Below are positions 12,061 to 24,369 of a stretch of DNA of 64,000 bases, one piece after another. Both the position numbers and the translations under genes were made by a program. The stretch comes from Vicugna vicugna (Eukaryota). The notes under the pieces were generated by a model. The model was given only the letters and a program-made list of their open reading frames with translations, was not told the DNA's origin and did no database searches. The stretch is from positions 4,588,001 to 4,652,000 of the forward strand of contig MU058213.1 of the NCBI GenBank assembly GCA_013265495.1. Reading direction: 5' to 3'. Numbering within the stretch: position 1 is the first letter of the stretch; each line of letters opens with the position of its first letter.

Positions 12061-15000
12061 TTGGTATTGCTTGGTTTTTTTGTTGTTTAAGCTGTGATTG
12101 GAGATGTGTCCCTTGCATGAGAAGAAATAATGTTCAGTTGTAGAATTGAAAGCTACTGTATATAATGATTTAAAATATCATGTCTGTTTTCTAAATCCTA
12201 AAGCAGTTAGAGAAACTGTATTTTTCTTAGTTCTGTTAGATTTAAGATTAAGTTATTACAGTTTGACAGGCAAATAGGGTAATATTTTATTCAAAATTAA
12301 TGCTTTATCATTTATAAGAATAGATTGGGGATCCTTTTAGCCCTATAGTTTGACTGTATTTAATTTTATTAGTATGTTTATATACAGTAGAAATTTTCAC
12401 TGTATATTTAGACTATATTTAATTTTATTAGTATAGGTTTGTATACAGCAGGGATTGTGTATGTAGGTTTCAAGAGAACTGACGTTTATTTTTAACTGAA
12501 TTTTACTTTTTCTAATCAGTTTTTTCCTAAAATTTCCTGAAAATTTTTTGCCCTCATTAAGACCACATTATTGTGCTTTTGAGGAGTTTTGGAACTTTTT
12601 TTTTTTAATTTAAAATTGTTCAAATGGCATCTTTTAAGCTTGAAAACTATATAGCTTATAATATGGAAATGTCATCCAGAAGGAACCATAACAAGTGGAA
12701 TTCTTCTAAGTTTTAGCATAAAGCCCCTCTTCAGGTAAAACAAAATATAGCACATACAGATCCTTTAATCAGTCTGTAGATTAATACTGATTAATTTAAA
12801 TCATTAGTACTCAGTGAATAGTACAAATTGAACAGATTATTAGAATAGAATTCAGAATCAGAGAGGAGTTCTTACTGAGTACTTTTCAGTCTGTCCCTTA
12901 ATTCACAAGACCTCTTATTCATCAACTAATTAGATTTAACATTTTTCCATTGTGGGTGTTAAAGCCATTGGCCAAATTAAATGAAAACAGTCCCTTTTTG
13001 GATGCTCCGACAAAAGCACGGCCCTTTCGTAGATTCAAAATGCAACATGATGTCATTTAATGGAATGGGCCTTTTATTCTGAAATGGAACTCTTCATAAT
13101 AATTGAAATTTAGAACCTAACAGGCCTAGGGGTTTGCCTTCCCCTGCTACCCCCTCCCCCCCAGTTGAAGCAGCCTGTCAGCTGTATGCTAACGAGATGA
13201 ACAATTAAACAAGGTCCTATCTGGCTGTCCCCACAGGCTCTGAGCTCAGACAAAGAACTGTTTATACACCTGTTGTGTGTGTGGACAGAGCCATTTGAAT
13301 GGGTAGCTACAGATTAAAGGGAGGACATGGGAGCCAGGGTAAGCAAGGGTTAAAGAAAGCCCTAAGAACTGTAAAAGTCAGATTCTCCAGAAAATATATG
13401 AGGGCCATTTGCAAGGGGAATCAAGTTACAAAGAAAAAGTTCCTGCTAACTTCGTTAATATGAAAAACTCCAGACAAAGCTTTTTGCTGGTCTGAGGCTA
13501 TTTTTAAAAGGTTTAGTTTTTTTCTTTTGGATGCCAGTGATGCAGGTTGGTGTGAGAAAATACTTGATTTGTAATATTCCATAGAGACAAAAATATTCAC
13601 TGTCATTTTATATCCCAAAACAAATTGAGCAACCTTTCTGATTTCCCTTCAGGGAAAAGCAAAATCCCTAAGATTTATTGTTTAGATAATGATCCATTGT
13701 CTGCCAAGCCTTTCATCAGATAGGAAATGGTAGAACATTTTTATTAGTTGAGATTCAGAAAATCAAAGAATTATTTACATTAGTGAAATAAAAAATTAGA
13801 ATTTAGCAGATGTATCATCACTTATTAGTCAAGTGAGTGAAATTCTATGTTATTGATATTCAATGAAATTGTCCTACGGAGCTGTAAAATGAGTTCCACA
13901 CATACAATAAATAGTAAATACACATATGTTTAAAACTTGTAAGGCTGTTTCTTTTTAAATTAGTTGGTATAATAACTCAAAATACTAGATAAGATCAAAA
14001 TTAGCACATATTACCAAAGATCATAGGAGTTTTAAGTTCGCATTATAAATGCAAATACAGAAATCTTAACTTTTACTTAACCCTGCAGTGATTTCCTCAG
14101 CCAGTCAGTTATTCTAGTGATACATTATCTTTAAAATAGGCCTAGACTCCTGAAGTCCCAAAGAGTTTATAACTATATATTGTATTTATACTGTATCTAT
14201 TTTTGTAAAATGAGATTTTTGAACTGACCTTCCCCTAAGGTCACTGAGTAGTTCATACGTAGCAAGAAAGCAACCTATGTGTTAAGAATAAACAGGACAG
14301 GATTCCCTAGAGACAGGATATCATGAACTATTTTAAAAATAATTTTCTCTCTTGAATATAGTTTTCACAATACATTTCTTCAGTAGTTGTTAGGTTTAGT
14401 TCTTCAGATTTTTCTCAAGTTTTTTTTTTTTTTTTTAGGAGGAGCGTGGAGCAAGGGGGTGCAGAAGTGAAGGCTAAGGGAAGATTTCCAAAGTGGGAAG
14501 GGGACAGAAATCTGCTAGTTTCTGTGGTCCCTTTTCAGCTTAAAGATTTTATGATTCTAATGCATGAAATTGTGTGTTTTGAAAAAAAAAAGTATAGTCA
14601 GTGCTTGATCATCCAAGGGAGTAGTGATACAGCTAATCCTCAGGTAATTTAAAAATAAATATGGCATACATTAAATGAGTTTTTAAGAACTACATTAAAG
14701 ATAAGAATAAAAGTAGAGGACAGGCATTTCTTAAGTGTGGTGAAAGACCATAACAGGTTCCAATCAGGTCTACTACCACATGGCCTGCATTGCCTAAAGT
14801 TTGCTTTGATTACTTTTGTTTTTGTCTCACAAGAAACCAACGGATAAACTTGCATAGGGGTATTTATTCCTCTTAGGGTAAAATCCATACAAAGTCATGA
14901 GAGATAAAAGCTACATTAATTACTAAAGAGGGATTCAAAGCATAGTATCTTAACTGGGTTTGAAGGATTTGTTGAAACACTGTGGTTCTCATGTATAACT

Positions 15001-15779
15001 CCAGGCAATGCTACTTAATTAACAGCTTAATCTTCTAGTTGACACGTCCGCTACTGTTCTAATAAGAAGCTTCATTTGTAACCAGTTTTTCTAAAAGTAC
15101 TGCAATAGCTAAAACGCTTGATAGTGTTTGTATGCCTTACCTTCCCAGTTTGGGTTAATTGTGACTTGTGTTAACTCTGATTAAAACAGAAAATATATGG
15201 CATTTTTTGTTCCCTGGCAATTTAGATCTTTTAAGTTATTTTATTTTTGTATTGCTTTTTCTGCTCCTTTAAAATTTTTGAGAAGAGGCGGTTAGAGGAA
15301 GAAGAAATAAGACACTATATGTATGTGTGTAAGGAGAGGATGTCAAAGTATAGGTAAATATTAGTACTTGGAACAAAGCAATATTTTGTTAAATGCAAAT
15401 TCATGGGTACTTCAGTATATTTAGGTAGTATGTGAAATAGGTTTTCAGACTGACTGCTAGAGAATTATTAATAGAGCCTATAAGTTGTGGTGCTTTATGG
15501 CTTATAGAGTGCTTTATCTCATTTGCTTCTCACAGCATCCCTCTCTGGGATACAAAATTTGAAAGTTAGAATTTTTTAAAGTACTTAACCACTAGTGACA
15601 GTACCACTAACAAGTCTTCTAAAATCCCCAAACCAGAAAAGTGGCATCCAAAAAACAGTTGCTAAATTTTTTTTTCAGTTGCTAAATTTAAATGAGTGAC
15701 ATTGTTTTCACTATTAAACCCAGTGAAAGAATTTAAACAATTACTGCCCCTGAACTAACTTTTTTTTTTTTAACTTTAG

Positions 15780-15923
<144 letters not shown>

Positions 15924-16347
15924 TAATGCAGACAGAGGTATCATTTGGAACACTATCACCTTTTTTTACAGACAGCTTGACATCTGTGAATCAAAAGTAG
16001 TCTTAGGTGGGAGAATTCCAAACAGCAGTTCTACTGCATGAATTTAAAGGGTAAATACTTAGGGTTCCAGCTGGCCATTTAGGTGGGGCAATTACAGATG
16101 TTTATTGATGGATGCAACCATGTGAGAGCTGTTGTTCAGTATTTACTGATCTTCCTTTTACTGGCCACTGCTTCTGTCGTCTCTTTTTCTTAGTCACTTT
16201 CCCTCATGACTGAGTCTTCTTGGTCCCTAGAGGCAGTGAGAAAGATACTTCTGAATATGTTTAAAGCTCTGAAGGATAGTAGCTGTTGCTCAGAAGATTA
16301 AAATTTAATTGGAGAAACAGATAATTCTGATAAAAAGCAAACTGTGG

Positions 16348-16481
16348 CAGTAACTTACAGTGAAAAAGAGTATGAAAATGAATATGTGTATGTTCATATG
16401 TGACTGAACCATTGTGCTGTACACCAGAAATTGACACAACACTGTAAACTGACTATACGTCAATAAAATATATATACACAA
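16348..16481 (+). mobile_element. 5'-truncated young LINE-1 3' end with a perfect 16-bp TSD
   Basis: L1 3'-end motif tgctgtacaccagaaattgacacaacactgtaaactgactatac..caataaaa. TSD AAAAAGCAAACTGTGG at 16332-16347 and 16482-16497. Confidence 0.85.
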
Positions 16482-16907
16482 AAAAAGCAAACTGTGGTCA
16501 TTGTTATAACAGACCTTATAAATAAGTATAAATGTATAGCTAATACTTTAATCACCAAAGTAAGTTTTCCTTTGATGTCTGTTTTACTGTGTTTGTCCCA
16601 GAAAATGTTAAAGCTTATTTTCTTTGCCTTGGCAGCATCTTAGAAGTTAGTTTCTAAAATGTGTCATGTTTCTCGTACCTTGTTTGGTTGTTAAATAGTG
16701 CCTGAAAGTGAACATTGGACTGACCACCAGAGTCAGGCTTGTTTTTTTAAACACAGATGCTTTAAAAAGCTTTTTTTCTAAGGTTTGTGGACATGCTCTT
16801 TCCAGCTCTGAATAGTATACTTTTTTTATATCGTTGGACTTCTGTCTTAGCTCCGTAACAGCAAGGATATTCACCATCTAGAAAGCATTTTACTGTCTTA
16901 TTTGTAA

Positions 16908-17141
<234 letters not shown>

Positions 17142-17527
17142 TAAATTTCACTCATTTCCCATGGGTGAAAACACTTAGAAAATTGAAGGGTGTCATGCAT
17201 TTATTGTCAGGTATGTTCTAGATACTGTGTTGTAACTTTTATGTCTGTTACCTTATTTAATCCTCACAGCATCCCTAAAAGGAAGGAGTATGAAGCTGAC
17301 TCCAAGTTGATGTTTTCCATTATACCACAGTGTTTTAGGGTCTACATATAAAAAAAGAACTACATCACTTTCCTCAGTTCTTATGGTTTGTAAGACAACT
17401 AGAGAACAAAATAGCTAAAACAAGTTTAATTGTTTAATGTATACATTTAGATACATTTCATCAATAAATATTCAAATATATTATTTTGAAGCTAGGTATG
17501 TAGTTAAGACTCTTGTATGAATTAAAC

Positions 17528-17739
17528 CAGGGGCTGGCAAACTATGGCCCATGGGCCAAATCTAGTCTCCTATTTTTATAAGTAAAGTTTTATTGGAACA
17601 CCACCACACATCATTCATTTACATATTGACTGGCTGCTTTCACAACACAGTGGCAGATTTGAGTAATTGCAACAGAGATCAGATAGCCCACAAAACTGAA
17701 AATACTGTCTGGGCCTTTTTAGAAGTGTGCCAACTCCTG
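17528..17739 (+). mobile_element. MER58A-like hAT-Charlie MITE, near full length
   Basis: Terminal inverted repeats CAGGGGCTGGCAAACT...GTGTGCCAACTCCTG. 8-bp flanks aattaaac / atttaaac are a hAT-type TSD with one mismatch. Confidence 0.85.
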
Positions 17740-18052
17740 ATTTAAACAATAATTTGAAAAGAGTATGGAAAAGGAAGTACTCTATGTGCTCTGATGTTGT
17801 AAGGGAAGATTTTCTAAAAATTGGATTTGATTTTATGTTGAAATATGGATATTGACACATAATACATTAGTTTCAAATGATTTACAGATTCTTCCCTCAG
17901 ATTTTTCTTTTAGTTGTGCATTAAAATTGGTTGATTTGGTATATTTGTGGTATATCCCATTTCTTGGCATGTATCTACTTATCAATAATATACATATATC
18001 ACATACAGATATTTATATTTAAAACATTGTTCTTTGTATTAAATTATGGCAC

Positions 18053-18215
18053 GGGGTGGAAAAGGTATATATAGCTCAGTGGTAGAGCACATGCCTAGCA
18101 AGCACAAGGTCCTGGGTTCAATCCCCAATTACCTCCATTAAAAATAAGTAAATAAATGAAAACCTAATTATGTCCCTCCAAAAAATAGAAAAATAATAAT
18201 AAAAAAATAGAAAAA
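18053..18215 (+). mobile_element. tRNA-derived SINE (camelid Vic-1-like)
   Basis: A box TAGCTCAGTGGTAGAGC, B box GGTTCAATCC, A-rich tail. TSD TAAATTATGGcac (18040-18052) / TAAATTATGGtgc (18216-18228). Confidence 0.88.
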
Positions 18216-18567
18216 TAAATTATGGTGCAAAGGAAATTGCAGTGTGTATGGTAGATTAACTAAAAGTACCAGCATGGTCCTTTCTGTCATTCACATGCTT
18301 AAAAATTGTCCTTTTGCCTTTGACATTCTCACTATTTCCAACACTTTAACAATTCTCTTGGGAAAAATTAAACCTTAAGATCCTAATACTGCCACTTGAA
18401 TATGCATTGTACTCAGCTGTACAAGGGCAGGAAGAAGTAAAACCTGGGTCAGGGAATCCAGAGACTGCTCCTTTAGGTATCTTAATTCTTTCATAGTTTC
18501 ATTATTCAAATAGAATTTTAAGGGAAGTCATTTACATCTTTCCTCCTCATTCATCCTTTCATTGTTT

Positions 18568-18773
18568 AGATCAGCAGACTTTCTGTGTAAAGGATCAGAT
18601 GGTAAATATTTTAGTCTTTGTGGGTCATACAGTCTGTCGCACCTGCTGAGCATTGCCATCGTAGCAGGAAAGCAGCCAAAGACAGTACGTAAACAGATGG
18701 GTGGGGCTCTTCCAATAAAATGTTATTGACAAAAACAGGTAGCCGACTCAAGGGCCACAGTTTACTGAGCTCT
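18568..18773 (-). mobile_element. MER58A-like hAT-Charlie MITE
   Basis: Reverse-complement similarity to the 17528-17739 copy (gtaaatattttag, aaagcagcca, ttccaataaaa). Confidence 0.75.
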
Positions 18774-18849
18774 CTTATAGGTCGTCAGAAATTGAGAAAG
18801 TAGTACCATAGGTTATTAATACAAAATATTTAGTAGTTAATAACAGTAA

Positions 18850-19070
18850 GTTTAAAACATGGCCTTTGGACAAAATAAAACTAACCTGGGTTTGAATCAT
18901 GGTTTCATCACATGGTTGCCAAGTGACCTTGGGAAATTATTAAAGTTCTGTGAGGTTTGGGTCCATCTTTAAAAGGAGACTTCCTATTTAGGATTCTTAT
19001 GGGAATAAACTGAAAATTGTGCACATGAAGCCATTTGCACACTGTCTCACATGCAGTAAACATCAGGAAC
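18850..19070 (+). mobile_element. MIR SINE fragment
   Basis: MIR core-like acctgggtttgaatc...gtgaccttgggaaatta. Boundaries approximate. Confidence 0.6.
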
Positions 19071-19205
19071 GGTACTATATTAACTTACGATGATGGTAAT
19101 TTTAGGTCTGTGGTCTTGGTTTCCTTCCGTGGAGCACTAAGCTGGGTACTTGTCGTTACACTGGCACTAATTAGCTGTGTAATCCTAGGGAGGTTACTGA
19201 TCTTG

Positions 19206-19375
19206 CAGTGGTTTTCAACCCTGCTGCAGACTCCTGAAAACATTTTAGACATACAGGTGCCCGGACTCCAGCCCAGGCTCCCTGTATCAGCATCTTTGGC
19301 AGTGGGACCTTTGAAAGCTGTATTTTTTTAAGAGCTCTTGAGGGTTCTAATGAGTGGCCACATTTGGGAACCTTT
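19206..19375. mobile_element. MER5-type hAT MITE
   Basis: cagtggttttcaacc ... tttgggaacc ends with internal atcagcatct...ggg. Similar copies at ~20645-20810, ~24210-24330 and ~46910-47070. Confidence 0.55.
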
Positions 19376-19879
19376 GGGCTAGATGATCTGAAAAGATTCC
19401 TTTGAAGTCAAAGAGCTAGTGATTATTATCAAAAGAATATTTTTATGTAATTCTTGACTATTAGCTAGTAAGAACCTACTGTGTACATATTCTTTATTAG
19501 AATACTCAAGGTATTAGAGGGGAGGTGAAACAAATACTTTGTGCACATTTTTTCAAGGTTCTGACTCTGCTTAGTGATAAATTTCTGAAATATAAATATT
19601 CTAAAATTTTTTCCAAAGCATTTGTCTCAGATATTTTTTTCTGATTACTTAGTCCATTTTCATTACAGAAATGTGGAAGATACAGAACAGCACACACAAA
19701 AATCACAAGAAACCTCACTACCCTGAATTAACCACTTGACTTTTCAAGGAATCTTTTTCCATAAATACAGTTTAAATTAGAAATAAACTGAATATAAGTT
19801 ATCTAATATGAACTTTTTAAACTTAACAGTGTGTTTTTAACCTTTTCATCTATCCCTGAGTGTTTTCTGCAACATGGTT

Positions 19880-20480
19880 TTTTCGTTTGTTGTTTTGTTT
19901 TTAGGCAGCAGTACTGAGGTTTAATTCACATACGATAAAATATACCAATTTTAAGTATACAGTTTTTGTCCTTTGACAAATGTATATAGTCATATAACCA
20001 CCACCACCACATAAATAATGCAGAAACAACATCCCAAAAAGTTTCCTCCTGCCCCTTTATAGTCCGTCCCCTTCTCCCATCCTCTGGCAATCATTAATTT
20101 GCTTTCTGTTACTATAGTTTTGTCTTTTCTAGAAGTTCTGGAAGTGAAATCATACAGCATGTAGTCTTGTGTGTGTAACATCTTTTACCTAGTATAATAT
20201 GCAGCTTGATTTTTAGAGGCTACATAGTAGACCATTGTCTGGATGAACTGTGATTTACAACTCATCTCTTAATATTGGACTCCAGTTTGTTCTAACGTAA
20301 ATAATTCTGTGATCAACTTCTTTTACCTAAATTTCATGAACATCTCTAATTATACCCTTTGGATGAATTTCTAAAGTTGGAATTGCTGATCAAGAGGTAA
20401 TGAGCACTTTAAGGCTTTGGATTCACTTTGTCAGTTTCCCTTTCAAAAAAAATTGTTCTAGTTTACCCATGTTTTAAAAT
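19880..20480 (-). mobile_element. Old LINE-1 (L1M) 3' fragment
   Basis: Antisense L1 3'-UTR motifs (aattcacatacgataaaa; ctggcaatcattaatttgctttctgt; gaattgctgatcaagagg). Confidence 0.65.
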
Positions 20481-21045
20481 TATTACCACTGATGATAATA
20501 TATCTCTGGAACAAAAAGTAGTCATTTTCTGAGATACTTCTCTCATTCTGTGTCTTAAGCTTTTCTTCCTCCTGCTCACCAGGGGACTGCCAGAGTACAT
20601 TTACGAACATGGGTTAAGCAAACTATAATACATTAGTATACTAGGATAGTACTTCTCAAGCCTTAATGTACGTATGAGTCAGCTGGGGATCTTGTTAAAG
20701 TATAGCTTCAGTAGATTTGCCGTAGAACCTGAGATTCTATGTTTATAACGGTAAAGTTTCTAACCAGTAATGCTGATGGCGCCAATCACATTTTGAAAAA
20801 CAAGGTGCTAGAATATTAGGTAGTCGTTCAAATTATGCTTATGAAGAGTTTCACTAGTGTGGAGAAGTCTTTATGCTGGAATACACAATGAAAAATGCAT
20901 TTTAAAATATGTGTGGCATAATCTCAACTATATAATATATTTGCATTGAGGAAAGACTGGAAAGAAATATACGATCATATTAAGTGTTAGCTATTGCTAC
21001 CACTTGGTAAAATGTATTGGTCATTTTCATTTTTATACTTAATAA

Positions 21046-21351
<306 letters not shown>

Positions 21352-24300
21352 TAGGACTGGCAGAGATCTGTAGCTGTTCTGTTTCCGGTGGGCAGACATT
21401 TCTGTGTCCATGCACTCTTCTGCTCGGGCAAGTTGTCTGTAAGTTCCCCTAGTACTTCTGCCACTGCATCATCTGGATCAAGTTTTCTCTGTAGCCCTCT
21501 CACCTCTGTCTCACTGTATTGGTCAATATCTGTGGGTTCAGTGCCTCCCACAGACCAGTAGAGGCTAACTCTTTGAAACAGTGCGGTGAACAGCCAGCCT
21601 CCGCCAGCTGCTCAGCGTTAGTGCTTTGTGCCTCTTGCTCTTGTTGACTCTGGTCTCCCACACTGTTGAATTTACCTGCCTAGACCTGTTTTCCTCCCAG
21701 TTCCTTCCATCTGCCCTACTTCTCTGTACTCAGTTTCTTGCTTACTTTACCCTGAAGCCCTGCTGCTTAATGCATGCCTGGCCATGGCCTCTCCTGGCTT
21801 TGCCTCCTGTGAATGTCCTTTATACCCATGTCGGTGAGGTGTCAGAGCTTCTTTGTTGATCCCTGATCAGGAATGCCATTAGCTTCATGGATAAATATGC
21901 GCTGGCATGCTTGTGTGTCCCCAAGGATGAAAGTGTGGTTTGTACTGGATTATCCACTGCTGACTCAGACAGCTCTCCCAACTGTTTTGTTTTTCAAGAA
22001 GTTTGATGGAATCTTAAAGAAATTTTGGGACTTTATTTTTTGACCACATGTTTATTGCATACCTCCTCTGTCCTAGCTAGCTATGTTCAAGACCCTGGGT
22101 TATCAATTAATACAAGCTTCCAGCCCTTGAGAGGTTCTATCACCAAGCTTGCTTTTTTGTATAAACCTGTGTATCTTCTTATCCAAAGTTGTGAATGCCT
22201 CATCCTAAGCCTTTTTACAAAGAACTTATAGATAATGGCCTTGAGTTCCAGACCCTACCTCTAACCTCTCTTTCTTAAGAGCAACTTTGTCTCCCTTATT
22301 TATTGGGTATTTATAGAATATTTAAGGAAAGTTGGAAAAGAAAAAAGAATAGGGGTGGACAGTTGCTTGACAACCACAACAAGGACCCTCAGCACTGATT
22401 ACAGAAAGAATACTCTTTCTAAGGAAACCAGAGTTAGAGAACTTGAACACATTTTCAGGAAAACATACGCTAGTAATTAATTCATTTATCCACTTCTCTT
22501 CAGTGTTTTTAATGAATAAGAATGATGACTAGATTATTTTGTGCCTAACCAACCTATCACTAAAACCAGATACTTGCTCCTATTATCTTAAGGCCCTTGA
22601 ATGTCTGTAAAGGGTAAACGGTAACAAAACCTGATCTTCAAGAAGTTAAAGACTCCCTTGCAATACTTATAATGCTACTCATCTGTGGCAGGAGCAGTTG
22701 TTCCTTGAGCCTTTACTATCTCCTGTCACTTTACCAAATGTTTTTCTTCAGTGGTGTCTGACGCTCACTGTCTCTTCCTGAAGGCGGTGAGGCACCTGTG
22801 TTCAGTGGTCCAAGTAGTCATCTTTCTCTGCAGCCCAAAGTATTTTCTACTCTGACTCTACTCAGCCATTTATTGTCAAGACTGTTGCCTCCACCAGGCC
22901 TGTAAAAGTCTTACTGACTAGACAACAGTGATGCCAGAACTTACTCCTATATAGCACCTTTCCTTCCCTCAGTTTAGAGTTACAGTATACTCATTTGTGT
23001 TCTTAAAAATATTTTTTTAAGATCAGAGATGACTGCTCTCACATCTAGCCACCAAAATGAGAAATAACCTCTATATTTGAAAAAAAGTTGTAAACTCCAC
23101 CATGCATGGGTGGGTCTTACCCATTCATTTGTAAGATTTGATCTTGTTGTGGTTCTATGTAAACACCTGGGATAGAAAAGTTCAGGCTGAGAGAAGATCT
23201 AACATTAGGCTTATCCAGCTGCATACTAACTTTCTGGTCAATACTTTTTCACACAATTCTGGGAAGCTCTATATAAAGAGCCATTGACTGATCAGAGTGA
23301 ACAAAACTTAAATATACTGAACTATAACTTCAATAGGGACTGCCTTACTATTCATAAAAGCCTACCTTTCTCCCACCCTCAGACTCTGGGTTTCAAAGTC
23401 CAGAACCTTTATTTTATAGCTTAATGGAAAAGCCTTGGGATTCACTCAGGATTCCTTGAAAGGCATTCTGCTGTCTGACAGGGTTTAGAATACTTCATGT
23501 AGCCCATAACACCTGTGCCTTGGCTATCGCAGGACCTTCAGATTTTTATATAACTACTGTTCTTCCCTGCACTCTATCTCCAGCAGCTCTGAGTTATTCT
23601 GATAACCTGTTCACTTTTGAGAGTCTGTCCCTGCAGGGGACTAACCCAGCAGCTGCTGGGCCTGGCAGTTTCTATAAACACATACATTTTGTTTACATGA
23701 CCTACTTTGGACATCCTCTGGCCTCTCTGGACTCCCCATTTAGTTTGGGATAGTGTTCCAAGACTGTATCTAGCTATCCACAACCTGTCATCGCTAGACA
23801 AGTGGTTATACCAGGAGGGCAGTCAGGCCTGGGTCTAGCAGTGCATCCTTGAGAATAACAGGAATTGCCTTCCCTTCCAAGCCTCAGATTTTGCCAGAGC
23901 ACTTTTTGTACCTTGGTGCACCACAGATCAAATCCCATCTGGTTTCTATCATTGCCAATTTAAGCCTTTCCATTATCAAGACTATAATTTTACTAATCCT
24001 CAGCAGATTTCACGTAATACCTTCAAGTTTGTACTCTCTGCTTTACTAAAAATTAAATTAGTGGTCAAACACTTAAACTCCTTAAACTCTTTCACAGGTT
24101 CTCTCAATAAGCTCCCTTCTCTTCTGGTGATAATTTAGGGACTTGGAACTACTAGGATTTTTGTTTCCTGGTCTCTTAGTGGGTTTGAAGATGACTGAAT
24201 GAGCTAGAACAGTGGTTCTCAAATCTGGCTGGTCCCAGAATCACCTGAGGCTTTTCCTTTTCCAAAACAAATTTCCAGACCCTACCCTTAGTAGATTTTA

Positions 24301-24369
24301 ATTCAGTTGCAGTGAGATGGTCAGACATGGTAGTGTTAACATACATACTTACTGATAATACACTACTTC

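Noticed and set aside
18053..18140. tRNA gene (A and B boxes), also at 25450 and 40833
   Set aside because: Imperfect cloverleaf, A-rich tails and flanking TSDs identify these as SINE copies rather than tRNA genes.
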